From assembly GCF_009914755.1 (NCBI RefSeq), contig NC_060942.1: a stretch of 64,000 nt of DNA; one strand, given 5' to 3'. The notes under the pieces are model-generated. The model searched no databases. It was given only the letters and a program-made list of their open reading frames with translations, and had not been told where the DNA came from. Positions 1 through 15,279 of the stretch are shown piece by piece (within the stretch, counting starts at the first letter, position 1; every line of letters begins with the position of its first letter). Position numbers and translations under genes: made by a program. This DNA comes from the human T2T-CHM13v2.0 reference genome, Homo sapiens.

Positions 1-776
1 TCCTGTTCCATAAGCATCAACAGCATGAGAGCTGTAGAGTAATCAGATTACTTTTCTAGGCCCTCAGTGATGGAAAAGCACAGATCGCATTCAGCAAGGC
101 TAGCAAATCCTTTATGACTTTTGGAATTAAAATAATATAACTTCTACTTTACTATATTGGTCAATGCACTTACATACTGGAAAATATTTAAGGGGAGGGA
201 TACAGACTTCACCTCTGGATGATACAGGTCAGGTTGCAGAAAGTATGTGGATGGAAAATGTCACAGAATGCTTAACATATTAAAATGTATAAAGTAAGCT
301 GTAGCTTATTTTATCTTCCCTTTATCATATTGAAATATTTTTCTTCTATTGCTAATTTGTCAAGATATTTTATCATAAATGCATTTGACATAATCCTGGA
401 ATTATTTTCTTTTGTTCTATTGAAAAAGCAAATTCAGTTGATTAGTTTTGAAAATTGTAAATCATCCTTGAATTCCTTGATAAAATCCACTTGTTCACAT
501 GATCTTTTTCATATATTGCTATATTTAAATGACTAACATATTTTAAAGAAATTTTGCACTTAAATTCATAAAATGCACTGATACATATTTCCTTATGATA
601 TATTTTGTTATCATGGCTCTCTGGCCTTATAAAATGAATTAGAAATTGTTCCCATCTTTTCATTTTCTGAAATAAAGTGTCTTTAATTTGTTATAATTTC
701 TTTTTAAAATATTTTATAGAATTTAACAATCAAGTCATATGGGCATGAAAAATCTTTTGTGAGAATGCTTTTAATG

Positions 777-1140
777 CAGTCATGCATCATTTAATTGTGG
801 GGATACATTTTGATAAATATGTCATTAGGTGATTTCGTCATTGTGTGAACATCCTAGAGTGTACTTACACAAACATAGATGGTATATCTGATTACACACG
901 TAGGTTACATGGCAAAGCCTATTGCTTCTAGTCTATATAAATGTACAGCACTTACTGTACTGAATACTTTTGTCAATTACAATGCAATTGAAAGTATTTC
1001 TGTATCTAAACATACCTAAAAGTAGAAAAGATTTAGTAAAAATGTGGTATAAAAGATGACATCTACACAGCACAGCTCCATTATAATCTTATGGGACCAC
1101 CATCATATATGCAGTCTATGATGAACTGAAATATCAATAT
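777..1140 (+). mobile_element. Tigger3-family (MER7) non-autonomous DNA transposon
   Basis: Starts 'cagtcatgcatcatttaattgtggggatacattttga', contains 'tgtgaacatcctagagtgtacttacacaaac' and 'ttataatcttatgggaccacc'. The right TIR is eroded. Confidence 0.9.
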
Positions 1141-1624
1141 ACATTTTTCTTTAAGCACTGTTGAGCTACATTCTGTAAGTATTCATGTTTTATTTTCATT
1201 ATCATTTCTTTGAAATACTTTATAATTTTTTGTGATTTCTTGTTTGCTTGTAGCTCATTTCGAAGTATGTAATTTGGTTTGCAAATATTTGGGCTTTCGT
1301 AGGTGCATATTATTACTTTCTAATTGCATTTTTTTGATGTCAGAGAATATTCTATGCAGAATTCAAAATTGGCCAAGTAAATTGAGCCTTATGTTATGGT
1401 CTGGTGTATGACCTATCTTGGGGAAAACATCATGTGCATTCGAAAACCATAAGTATTTTTCAGTTATTTTCTGCAAAATATAATATAAATATCAAATAGT
1501 TCATAGGGCCTAATTGTGTTATTCAGATATTCAATTTCATTACTAAGAAAGATATGTTAAAACATTTAATTATGGTTTTGCATATCTACATAGCTATATC
1601 TATCTATCTGTTTTCAATTTTATC

Positions 1625-2559
1625 AGAACTACAAACCACTGTTCATCGAAATAAAAGAGGACACAAACAAATGGAAAAATTTTCCATGGTCATAGATGGG
1701 AAGAATCAATATCGTGAAAATGGCCACACTGCCCAAAGTAATTTATAGATTCAATGCTGTCCCCATCAAACTACCATTGACTTTCTTCACGGAAGTAGAA
1801 AAACTACTTTAAATTTCATATGGAACCAAAAAAGAGCCCATATAGACAAGACAATCCTAAGCAAAAAGAACAAAGCTGGAGGCATCATGCTTCCTGACTT
1901 CAAACTATACTACAAGGCTACAGTAAACAAAACAGCATGATACTAGTACAGAAACAGATATATAGACTAATGAAACCAAATGGGGGCCTCAGAAATAATG
2001 CCACACACCTAAAACAATCTGATCTTTGACAAACCTGACAGAAACAAGCAATGGGGAAAGGATTCCCTATTTAATAAATGGTGTTGGGAAAACTGGCTAG
2101 CCATATGCAGAAAACTGAAACTGGAACATTTCCTTACACCTTATACAAAAACGAACTCAAGATGGATTAAACACTTACATGTAAGACCTAAAACCATAAC
2201 AACTCTAGAAGAAAACCTAGGCAATACCATTCAGGATACAGGCATGGGCAAAGATTTCATGACTAAAACACAGAAAGCAATGGCAACAAAAGCCAAAATT
2301 GACAAATGGGATCTAATTAAACTAAAAAGTTACTGCACAGCAAAAGAAACTATCATCAGAGTGAACAGGCAACCTACAGAATGGGAGAAAATTTTTGCAA
2401 TCTATCCATCTGACAAAAGGCTAATATTCAGAATCTACAAGGAACTTAAACAAATTTAGAAGAAAAAGACAAACAACCCTATAAAAAGTGGGCAAAGGAT
2501 ATGAACAGACACTTCTCAAAAAAAGACATTTATGTGGCCAAAAAACATATGAAAAAAAG
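1625..2559 (+). mobile_element. L1PA7/8-like internal ORF2 fragment without 3'UTR or polyA
   Basis: Clear ORF2 sequence; ORF 2244-2459 [23 protein letters not shown]..; ends at 'catatgaaaaaaag'. Confidence 0.92.
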
Positions 2560-2721
2560 GTTTTACATTATTTATTTTAAAGCTCTGACATTAGAGCATA
2601 CATACTTATTATTGTTATATTTTTCTGATGAAGTAAATTTTACTATTATAAAATGTTTGTCATCTCTTGAAATTTTTTTCAATAGTTTATTTTGTCTAAT
2701 TATTAGTATAGTATATCCACC

Positions 2722-3115
2722 TATGGTAGGGATAATAATGGCTTGCCAAAGATGTCCATGAACTAATCTCCAGAGCTTGTGAACATCTTATGACCACTGG
2801 GAATTAAGGTTGCAGATAGAGTTAAGGTTGTGAATAAACTGACCTTAAGATGAAGAGATCATTCTAAGTTATCCGAGTGCACCAATGTAATTCTAAGAAT
2901 TCTTATAAGTAAAAAAGGAAGGCATGAGGGTCAGAGTCACTGAAGAAAAATTAGCACTATCGAAGGTCACGTTGAAATGATGTGATTGCTGACTTTGCAG
3001 CCCAGTGAGAACCATATTGAACTTCTGACCTCCAGAATTTTAATATACTGAATTTAAATTGTTTTAAGCAATCGAATTTTTGTTAATTTGTTACAATGGT
3101 GGTAAGAAACTCACA
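2722..3115 (+). mobile_element. MLT1D-like MaLR solo LTR with internal deletion
   Basis: 'tggtagggataataatggc..aaagatgtcc', 'aattaaggttgcagat', 'acttctgacctccagaa', 'gttttaagc..aatttgttaca'. Confidence 0.8.
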
Positions 3116-3436
3116 GACTAGCTTCCTTTGTTTACTTTTTTGATTGTATGACTTTAATTATCCTTTTATTTTTAACCTATATGTTTCATATTTTCAAATG
3201 AATAAAAATAAATCTTGGTTTGTACAAAATTTTGGAAACATCGACTTTAAAACTGGAGTTTTTAGCTCAATTACATATTATGTAATTATTCCCACTGCTG
3301 GATTTAGTTCTTCTATTTTGCCACTTAGTTATAATTTATTTCTGTTTATCTTTTCTGCTTTCTTTTGGGTTAAATATATTAGTTTTCATATTCGATTTTA
3401 ATTTTGCTGTTGGATTTTAGCTAAAACTTATTGCAT

Positions 3437-4547
<1,111 letters not shown>

Positions 4548-4659
4548 TTAAATACTTTTTTAGGCTGAAGAGAAATAACATCAGATAAAAGTGTGAACAT
4601 ATAGAAATTCATAAAAACACTAGCAATGGCAGATGTGCAAAAATATGAAAAATATAATA

Positions 4660-5400
4660 CATTCATTAACCTTATTAATCTATTTTTTAGTTATGTATTT
4701 TTATTGACCTCTCTACAAATCCACTTTTTATTTTGTTCTGATTTCATAAGTATACCAGGTCAAGCTGAGGATTTTTTTCCCAAACCTTATACTTTTCAGT
4801 TCTGGGAATTTCCACTTGGTTTCTATTATTACGGTTTCCATTTATATGTATTAGTTCTCTTTGAGATTCCCCACCTAATCATTCATTAAAACCATATTTT
4901 CATTTAAATCCTTGAGCATATGCAAGAGTTTTCTAGTAGCTTTAACACTCTGGGTCACTAATTTCAAAATCTAGGTCATCTCACTATCAGGCTGTAATAA
5001 TTGTCTTTCTCTTGACAGTCACATTTTACTCTTCCATTATATATTTAGAATTTATGGATCAAATATTAGAAAATGTGAATATTTTAGAGACCCTGGGTTC
5101 TGATCTCTTCTGAAAAATGTTGATCTTCATTCTAGCAGATGCTTAAATTGTCTGTATCTAAATTCTAAGCTCTGTCATCCTTGTTGTAGTCAGTAACTAA
5201 AGTGTTTCCTTACTTCTTTTAGCTGCTTTTTTTCTGCTGGGCTCCCAGGTTCTCCTCTGTGTATATGTAAGTATAAAGTCACTATGGAGTTAGGCAGAGT
5301 TCCATGCAAATTTTGGGACGTCTCTCCCTGCAGCTACCTTCATTCTGAGATTTCTCCTTCAATTTCCAAACAATTTGGCAGCCCTGGTTTTTGTTCTCAA
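4660..5400 (-). mobile_element. Old L1M remnant
   Basis: Degenerate 'ttttcagttctgggaatttccacttggtttct' and related antisense L1M-like text. Confidence 0.4.
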
Positions 5401-7046
5401 GCTCATTCCAATAAAAGTGTGGTTTTCCACCTGAGTTCCAGCTTCTAGTACATCAGAGAATTTTATTAGTTAATACATTAAGGCAGTCTAAATTAATGAC
5501 TGCATAACCTCAATAAAAAAATACACTGAGTAGAAAGTAAGGTAAAGTAATTTAGAGCTGTCGATCATTAATATGGCCAATTCAGTAGAAATAAGCATTT
5601 TTAGAAACTGCTTCTAATCTTCCTATATGGCTTCACTTTAATATGTACAAACATTTATAATAAAGTAAATGTTTAAGACTTAGTAGGAAAAAAATCAACT
5701 GGTACATTTCTGTAAAGCTAGGTTTTTTCATTTGGGGAAGAGAGTGGAAGGCTAGAAAAAAAGCTTCAGTTAAGAAATTCGAGGATTAGGGGACAATGTC
5801 TGATAAGAAATCATTTTACTTGCTCAAAAAAACCCTGTAATATAGAATTATCATTGAGAGCAAATTGTTAGATTACTTTATTCCACAGGATGCCAATAAC
5901 TAGGTAATTTGCTCTGTGGTTAAACCGTAATTGCCATGTAATTAGAATAATTGCATTTTGGGGACAGGATATGCACTTACACTATGTTGTGAGTTCACTC
6001 AATAGCCTGGGCAATGTGGTTTTCAGGCGTCGAAAACCTAAGATTAGGTCAAGATTTCTTCTTATCTTTAGCTGTAGACACTTTTCTCATTGCTAAACCG
6101 ACATTGTTTCGAAAAACCTTTTCACCTTCCTAGTTTGAGTGTCCTCTCTCTGTAGTAACATTAGCCTTTGGTGTTAAATGCACTAAAGCCACATCTCTCA
6201 CTATATTACAGAAATTCGTATTTGTTTTCCATGTTTCTGCAAAAGGTCTACTTATATGCTTTCTCCTATCAAATTTATGTATTTCTACTTTGATTTTTCT
6301 CTTGAGCTCTAAACCTAAATATTTCAATGTCTTTTCAATATCCTCCACATAAATATCTAATGGATGTATCAAAATGAACATGCTTAAAATTCTGTATTCC
6401 TCTCAACCCACCCTACTGTATCTTTCCTTGTCTTTTCCATAAATATATTATTATTAACCCAGATGCTTAAACAAAAAAATCTTAGAGATTATTTATTTCT
6501 TCTTTTATTCCCTTATATCCTACATAAAATATATATTTAAATATGCCCCAAACCTGAGAAATTTCACCACCTGCAATGCTACTTCCTTTGTTCAAGCCAA
6601 TGTCTCCTGTTTTCTCAACCACAGGAAGAAGTCTTGTAACTTTTTCTTCTTTGATATTGTCCCTTTTATATTCTGCTCTCTACCCAAGAGCCAATAATCT
6701 GTACAACACATAAATTATTTCACAAGTAGTATTGTGATATAACTTGTATCACAATATATAATTTATATAATTTTGTTTTACTTGTTTTTTTAATTAAAAA
6801 CCTACCATTTGCTTCTCAAATGTTAGAATTAGATTCTATCTTCTTAATATAGTCTAGAAGACACTCATAATAATGTCCCTACTGATTCCTTATTCCTCAC
6901 CTCTTTGCTGTGCACAGCCATAATGTCTTCCTTCGAGCTAGTTACTAGTTTTTAGAACATGTGAACCTGATGTCTACCTTAAAGTCTTCTACTTCTATAC
7001 TTGCTGCATAACATGCTCTTATTCTAACCATTCCCATTAAAAAAAT

Positions 7047-7183
7047 CATTTTAGGTTTTGTGAGTACATAGTAAGTGTATATATTTATGGGGTACATGAA
7101 ATCTTTTGATACGGGTATGTGATGTATAATAATCACATTATGGTAAATGGAGTAACCATCTTCCTCAAGAATTTATCCTTTGT
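7047..7183 (-). mobile_element. L1MA1-3-like 3' end fragment
   Basis: 'gtacatagtaagtgtatatatttatggggtacatga..aataatcacatt..aagaatttatcctttgt'. Confidence 0.8.
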
Positions 7184-7200
7184 AACTCTCTTCTTCCCAT

Positions 7201-7524
7201 TCTTTTTCCTTTCTTTTCTTTTCTTTTCTTTTTTTCTTGAGACAGAGTCTCACTCTGTCACCCAGGCTGGAGTGCAGTGGCATGATCTCAGCTCAGCTCA
7301 CTGCAGCCTCCACCCGCAAGTTCAAGCAATTCTCCTGCCTCAACCTACCAAGTATCTGAGATTACAGGGGGCCCACCGCTATGCCTTGATAATTTTTGTA
7401 TCTTTAGTAAAGATGGGATTTCACAATGTTGGACAGGCTGATCTTGAACTCCTGACCTCAGGTGATCCACCAGCCTCAGCCTCCCAAAGTTCTGGGATTA
7501 CAGGCGTGAGCCACCACACCCTGT
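7201..7524 (-). mobile_element. AluS
   Basis: Full antisense Alu with T-rich tail; flanking 'tcttcccatt' repeated as a TSD. Confidence 0.95.
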
Positions 7525-8077
7525 CATCTTCCCATTTTTTATCCAATTGCCTCATTGAGTTTTCTTTCTTTCAAATGTTAACACATCAGAAACACTTTCA
7601 CTGTCCAGCCTTCCTGACCCCATCCTCACCCTATCAGGTTCCATCAGTGTAGTCTCCTTTATTTTTATTCACTACATTTACTATGTAGAATTATAGATAG
7701 AGGTATAAATACAGAGATATATAATTTTGACATTTTTATTGTTTTATAAGACTCCTCTACTAGAATGTAAGTGCTGCAAATCCTGAAACTTAGTCTCTAT
7801 TCCAATATAACCCCGATTCCAAGCAGAATATCCAACACATGGTAAATGATATATGACTTTTTAAAAAATCAGAATGCTTTGCAAAATGTTTTGAGCCAAA
7901 ATTCCAATAGAGATAATTAAGAAAATAAGCTACCATCCCTCATTAAAAAATAAGGAGCATCACTACCTAAATCAAAGATGACCTCAGAATTCTTTCTCCA
8001 AAAAGTGAAAATAAGAATTGCATGAACCACCCATACACATTTTCTTATTGAACTTTTTCTGTAATTATATATTATAA

Positions 8078-8195
8078 ATATACATACACATATGTACACC
8101 TGTAAGAATATATATATACAAACACATACAAACACACACACCTATATATAACACACACACACACACATATATGTGTATATATATATATATATATA
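8078..8195. repeat. Compound (CA)n/(TA)n microsatellite
   Basis: Direct reading. Confidence 0.85.
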
Positions 8196-8454
8196 AAATG
8201 TTTTAATAGTTTTTGTAACTACAAATGCAATTTATATTTGCAGAAAGGGGTTTTGGGAAACATGAAAATGAGAAGAATTAGGAGGAAGAAAATTACTGAT
8301 AATCTCGATTTAGAGATAAGGAATGTTATAAATTCCTGTATTTTCAGTCATTTTTATGGACTTATTTAGTAAAAATTGTACCACACTATACACAAATTTT
8401 AGTCATTCTCCATGCAATTTTATATCATCAACAGTGTCCTAGATTGTTTATTCT

Positions 8455-8768
<314 letters not shown>

Positions 8769-10324
8769 ATTGTGTATCTTTAAAGTATGAGTTTTGATGA
8801 AGAATATTACCTCATCTTACAGATTTCATACACCTATGTTTTTCTGCTCCCTGTGTTTTTCTGCTCCCTTATATAGGGGTATTATATTGTCTCTAAGTTT
8901 TTTATAAATGAGAATAGAAAGAATATTCTTCAAAAAATCTTTCTAAGAACATATGTTTGTGAAAATTTAATTGAAATTGTGAGCTTACTCTCAATGTCTG
9001 ATATTTAAGCACATGCATGTGAATATACTTTTAAAATATATTATTTTATAATAAACCTCATATTTCTAATTAGCATGAAGCAATGACAGATCAATCTTAT
9101 GAATTTGAGCTTGTTGGAATTTGTTGATTTTTAATTGACTTAAAACTAGTGGCAGGACATTGACAAGCAGCATATTCTTTAGTGTTCCTGGTAGTGGGTC
9201 TGTGCCTTTTATGCCCCTGAACCCAGCTCACCTGCTGTCTATCATTTAGATGGAAATTTGACAAAGACTGAATACTGAAACAATGAACAACATTCTCTTA
9301 TATTCCCTATTTATATTCACAAATGTCTTACCTTATTTGTAAAAAATCAAAATGGGAATTTTTCTTTCATAAGCCAGTTTGCAATGCTATTTCCGCCTTC
9401 TTTCTCTCTATAACGTTCTATTTGATTTACACGTAAGAAAATGGGAATAAGAAATAATTTGGTTCCTAGACTCTCAAAGAACAATACTTTCCTATATTTC
9501 CTACATGTGCTATGTATGAAACCAAAGTTTTAGACATCACTTCCTAAACTTTATAAATGCAATTCTAAACCAAAGTCTTGCAAATGAAAAGATGCAGACA
9601 ATATATTATGTGTTTATTGCAGGATGACCCAGAAACGTTTGTTTTCCAAAAACTCTATTGGATTATATATTAGATGATACATCAGTTTTATGCTTTTCAC
9701 AATGTTTCATCAGTAACAGCCTTTGTTCATCAATATATCAATATTAGCTTAATTATACATGACTCAACATAACTATGAAGTCAATGAAGAACTTAAATGT
9801 CAACAAAAGGTATAGAGGAACCCTATCTAGCTAATATATATGTCTTAAACTTTGGGCTGTTCTGCAGAATAGACCTTCAAGGGGAACACATACATATTTT
9901 CCAAAGAAGTTGAGGAATTATTTTGAAATTGAAACTAAAAGTCACCTTTCTAGACACTTGAGGATCTGTTAGATCTTTAAGTTTTGCTTCTTCAGGGAAG
10001 GTTTTGACAAGTCACACTTATGACACATTACTGATTCTAGCAGTTGCTTCTGTGTATGATGCCCACTGGCCTCTTCACCAAGGCAAGCTGCAGGCTTTGC
10101 TGCATCAAAAATAAGCTTCACAAGGGTGAGGTTTCCCTATGTTGTGTTCTGGTTATGTGTCTTCCTTCTCATAAATACTACAAAGATGCTGTTTCTCTAG
10201 AGTGGCTCAATTACAGGGTAGATCTGCAATTAGGCCGGGTAATATCTAGAATGATGGAAAATTGTACTTTCCTTTTCTTACTGTATGGCAAAGCCCAACC
10301 AGAACATCAAAACCAACCCTTTTC

Positions 10325-10580
10325 TTTTTTTGTGTGTTAATTATACTTTAAGTTCTAGGGTACATGTGCACAATGTGCATGTTTGTTACATATATATACA
10401 TGTGCCATGTTGGTGTGCTGCTCCCATTAACTTGTCATTTACATTAGATATATCTCCTAATGCTATCCCTCTTCCCTCCCTTCACCCCACGACAGGCCCC
10501 GGTGTGTGATGTTCCCCTTCCTGTGTCCAAGTGTTCTCATTGTTCAATTCCAACCTATGACTGAGAACATGCGGTGTTTG
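10325..10580 (-). mobile_element. L1PA4-like 3' end, short insertion
   Basis: 3'UTR 'ttatactttaagttctagggtacatgtgcac'; 16-bp TSD aaaaccaac(c/a)cttttc at 10309-10324 and 10581-10596. Confidence 0.95.
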
Positions 10581-13489
10581 AAAACCAACACTTTTCATTG
10601 GATCTTCTGTTCTCTGAGTGACTGCTTTGGACGTCTGAGTAAGACCCTAAAATGTGCAAATCATGGTTTTAGTGATTGGATTTTTGTATCCTATATATGT
10701 CAATGCAAAATTAGATATGTCCATCATTTCAGTTACATACCAGAAGAATACAGTAAATAGCAATAGTCAAAATGATTTATTGCATTGATTATTGTTTGAC
10801 TGACTGGATGACTGAGTTATTCCTTTTTGAAATAGAAATTAATCCAATTAAATGAGGATTTCATTGCCCTAGTGTGTTAAATTAAATTGAAATGTAGGGC
10901 CTGTGAGCTTGAGATGTACAGGCAAATGCAATATTAGTAGTTTATGAAAAAAAATAGTGATCTGTCCAATAAAATCCTTACCTCTAACTAATAATATATT
11001 CTACAGTCCTGGTGAGTCTTTTAATTTACAAATCTACCAAAGGTTTTCACATATGTTACTGTATTTCCATGACAACAAAAATCCAGAATCAAGTGTAAAT
11101 AATTAGATAAAATATCAGTTGAGAATCAAAAACTATCTTCTTACTTAAAGAATGGGTAAAAAGAGATGAAACAATGAGCTGCTTTATAGTCCTGCCAGTA
11201 TCAATGTAATTAGCCTTTAATTTCGAATGCATTCATCGTTTTGTTTAGCTTTCTAATTTATTAAGGTAAATTAAAACTATGGTAATTAAACTTGTGGAAA
11301 AGTTAAAATAATTGCAGAATTAGAGATACATAAAGGACATATCTGAGGAAAATCATCAGTTTGAAAAGCAACAACTGCAGTCACTGATGTGTCTGCTTCT
11401 TTTCCTGTCCTACCCATGTTTTCTGCCATGAAACAGAAATATGTAAGTCAAATTTATCAAATCATGGAGAAAAGATAATTTATCAAGTTTTATTGATATT
11501 TTTCCTTTAAAAAGTTTTCTCTTATTTTCATGGCAGTGGTAGAAAAATTACTCTGAATGGAAATCATGGATGCTAAGCTTGGAAGGCAACACATTGTGGA
11601 GAAATACCTTCAGCCTCACTACTTTTTTCTTGTCTCCTCCAGTGACTGATTTAGGCCACTACAAAGTCATTGTAATGGTGGTGAACAGCTCTGAGCTGAA
11701 ACCATATGGTTAGCCGAGTCCCTGGTGCAGACTCACAGAATTAGCAAACTGCTCCTGGCAAATCGGCCTAACTATGCACTGATCTGTTTCTCCTGGCATA
11801 GCCACAGGATCCTAGATGACATTTAGGAATCCTCATGTTGACATCTTCAGCAGCTTCTAGAGCAGGACAAGCATAACAGATATGTCAACTAAATTAATAT
11901 ATGAATACATAGAAATATTACTCATAGAGTTCCGACTGACTCTTAATTTTGCTTAGTTATGAACACTCAAATGTATAGAATGATTAAAAAACTGACATTA
12001 AATATGTCCATCTAGCTACATGCCTTCACTTCATTCATAGCGGCGGATGAACTGCACCTCAGAGGCACCATTATCCCATGTGACAAAGAACGAGGTAAGG
12101 GAAGCCTCAAGAATCCAGTGCAGACCAGCATGAGGATAGACACTGAAAGATCTAGAAGGAAGAAATAGAAGCTACATTTAGGAAGATCTTGTGCAGAAGG
12201 AGGATGAAGAAAAGAAGGGGAGTCCTGTTGTGGGAGCTGTCCAAGACACAGACTTCTCTTGGGAGACTCCCCCTATATTCTGATATACTATCTGATTATA
12301 TGTAATTTCTGCTTTGTATGTTTGGTTATTATTTTAAATCAAGGACGGTATAATCTCTCTGACCAACCTCAGTGTATGGCAGCCTGGAGCCAAAATGTTT
12401 TATTCATGAGTGATGTCTTTTTTTTAAATAAACTATAAAAATGTAAAACAATAAAAGTGATATATACCTAATAATGAGTGAACCAATAAACCCACTGGGC
12501 AATTTTGCTCTGCAAGTGGAAAAAATTGACTTGGTATAACAAATTGCAGAATTATTAATCCTGTCTGAAACCCTTTTATATCACACCATTTACTTTAATT
12601 CTTACTAGTTTGGCCATTATTATACATTATGCATTTTTCTTTGTTCTCGTTGGGAGGGGAAGTGGTGACTAGAGTCTACTCTTGAACTTCCAAGGCCTCC
12701 AAGCAAGTTGAAGGGAAGACCCTGACCAGCTGGCAAAGGGAGAGGAGAAGGATGCCCCTGGCTGTGGAACCTCATTTGACATCTTGATTGACAGAAACCT
12801 CCAGTTTTCCTCTAGAAGGATGTTCTTTCTCCAGGCAGGTTGGAAGAGAAGCAAATATTAGCACTAAGCAGGTGCTTGCCTCCAGTGGCTTCTAGTAAGT
12901 TTATCACCACTTACTGCCAAAGGATATTCTTCTATAATCAAATAAATAAAGAACAATCTCAAATCCCTTGGATTTTAAAGGACTTCTTAGAAAGAAAAAA
13001 AAGCATTAAAACCTTTATTAAAAAGTTGTCATCCTGTACAATGATTATGTATCAACCACGAATAAATAATAATAATAATGTTAGCCTCCTAGCAAAGGAT
13101 TTCTCACATTAGCAAGGGGAACAAAAGAAACATTGAAAACCTACAATGTCAACACACTTTGAGGGAGGGCTATTAACAATGCAAATATGAAACTACCCAA
13201 ACTTGCATTAAGAAATTAGAATGGCAGAGAAATGCAGCAGACTTGCTGTGTTTTCATTACAAGTTTTAAATGTTTTGAGAAATCTAAATCGCACCCACCT
13301 ACTTTCAGCAGCATTCTCAGATTAGGCCTCAGATTAAGACCGTAGAGAAGTGACACCCTCTTTGGTGAGTGTTCCCATGTGTGCATCAGCAGGGACGCAT
13401 CACACACCCAGAGTGAGAGAAGTGAAACAAGGCAAGAAGACCACAGTCTGGTTCTGCAAGGGGTTTTCTGGAGTGAAGTCTTCAGGCTA

Positions 13490-13670
13490 TTTTTAGAATC
13501 TATAGTTATTCTCACATTGCTGTAGCCCAAGAAACCTGAGCTACATACTGATGGAGAAAGGGCTCGGAGTAGGAAATAACTTTTCTAAAACCATCACTAG
13601 TCCAGATAAGGACAAGTCCAAACTAGAATCTTGGTCTTCTGACTTGATCAGAGTCTTTCAACACATTCAT
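13490..13670 (-). mobile_element. MIR remnant
   Basis: 'actgatggagaaagggctcggagtaggaaataacttttctaaaaccatcac..ggtcttctgact'. Confidence 0.5.
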
Positions 13671-13709
13671 CACACTCTAGCTTGAGAATAGGTATGTTCA
13701 AATCTGTTT

Positions 13710-14670
13710 GTTCTTTCAGTCACAGAACAAATATTTATTAAGCATCTACTATGTGTTAGAAAGTTCTGGATTCTGGGGAAATGATGACATCATATGACTT
13801 ATTTTATGGTCTAATAAGCAGCAAAACAATAACAACAGCAACAATAGCACATATTTATATAACATGTTAGGCAGTGAAAACTATGAAAAAGAAATAAATC
13901 AAGATAAGAAATTTGAGTGTCACAGAAAGATTGTTCTTGAGAAATAGATCAGAGAAACTTTGATAAGGAGGTAACAATTTAATACAGACATGGAAACAGA
14001 AAATAAACCTAGTAGTAATTTCGGAAATAAGGTCACTAATCAGAGGTAAGTGCACAGGTGGTGAAACAAAATGAAACTTGGTTTAACAGAGAATCAATTA
14101 GCTAGAAAACTGGCATGGCATGGCCTAAGCAAAGAGTATGGCAGAAAGTCTGGGGAGATGAGGTCACTGGGTGGTCAGAGCCAGATCTCACTGGGTTTCA
14201 TAGACATTTGTTCTGTGTTTAGATTTTATATTAAGTGCCACAGGAAACCTTAGCAATTTTTTTAGGAAGAGCTTTGAATGTACATTTTAAAAGGGTTACT
14301 CTAGCTATTGTGTTGAGAACAGAGACTAAGGGATAAAGAACGGAAGTGAAGAGACCTGTTAGGAAGATGATACAACTGTTCAGGAGGAAGAAAAGGAGAT
14401 GATGGAAACATATTAGAAAAGTAGCTATGCAGTTGATGAGAAGCGACAGATTCAGGATGTATAATGGGAAAAGTTAGCCTATATTATTTGTTCATTGCTT
14501 GGATGTGAAAGGAGGTGAAGGTAGTGGTAATAGGGGATCATTTGAAAAACTGTGTGCCTTTACTGATATATGGATAACCATTTGGAGTATATTTTAGATA
14601 TGCTATGTTTCTGATGCTTTGTATATATCTACATGGATAAATTTCCCATCAGCAAAAATGCTGGATTTCA
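13710..14670 (-). mobile_element. L2 LINE remnant
   Basis: 'aacaaatatttattaagcatctactatgtg' (antisense L2 3' end), followed by purine-rich L2 body 'ttttaaaagggttactctagct'. Confidence 0.75.
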
Positions 14671-15279
14671 TACACGAGTGATGATAGGGATACCAATAAT
14701 ATGTTAGATTATTACCAGAAATATAAATTCAAATGTAGCCAACCTGCACAAAACAATATTGTCTAGCAGTAAATATTCTAGCTGTTTTCAGTAAGCAGGA
14801 CACTTAATTTTTTTAGTAACTCGAATAATGTTCTATTATGATTATTTTTGTCTCTGTCTTTCTCTCTCTCTCTCTCTGTGCTTCTTTTTCTAAATGTAGG
14901 GGCAAAATAGATGGGAAGAAAAATTAGATGGGAAGGAAAATGTGCAATAATATGCTACTACCTCTGGACTTAATTCCCAGTAGATTGTCATTATAAAATA
15001 TGTACAACATGAGATAAATATCAGTGAAGATTAGAAAAAATAAGGTGTTTTATGGACTTTCAAGTTGGAGGTCTAGGTACATTCTGGCTAGTTAGCCTGA
15101 CAGAAATGTCTATGGGTGTGATTGTCTATGTGCAATGACTTCAAAGGCAATTCAATGCCACTTAATCAATCCCTACCTCATCTCCTCTACTTCTCATATA
15201 CACTGGTAAACCATCTCCCAATACATTTGGGAAACTGAGGCCCAAAAATGATGCCTAAAGAGCCCTAGTGATTACATGG

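Larger units (their letters stand above)
290..3430 (-). mobile_element. Old L1M-type LINE remnant hosting Tigger3, L1PA and MLT1 insertions
   Basis: T-rich degenerate antisense L1 sequence, e.g. 'ttttatcag|ttttacattatttattttaaagctctgacattagagcatacatac' when the 1625-2559 insert is removed. Boundaries approximate. Confidence 0.55.
6200..7860 (+). mobile_element. L2 LINE remnant interrupted by L1MA and Alu
   Basis: 'atctaatggatgtatcaaaatgaacatg', 'acccagatgcttaaacaaaaaaatcttagag', 3' end 'ctactagaatgtaagtgc..aacacatggtaaat'. Confidence 0.6.

Noticed and set aside
7119-7652. 177-aa ORF, the longest in the window
   Set aside because: Read-through of an L1MA end and an antisense Alu ([12 protein letters not shown]..); a typical Alu-derived frame.
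8837-8869. Short tandem duplications (also near 14906-14937, 16204-16272, 31657-31715)
   Set aside because: Ordinary slippage products; only two units and no spacer array, so not CRISPR-like.
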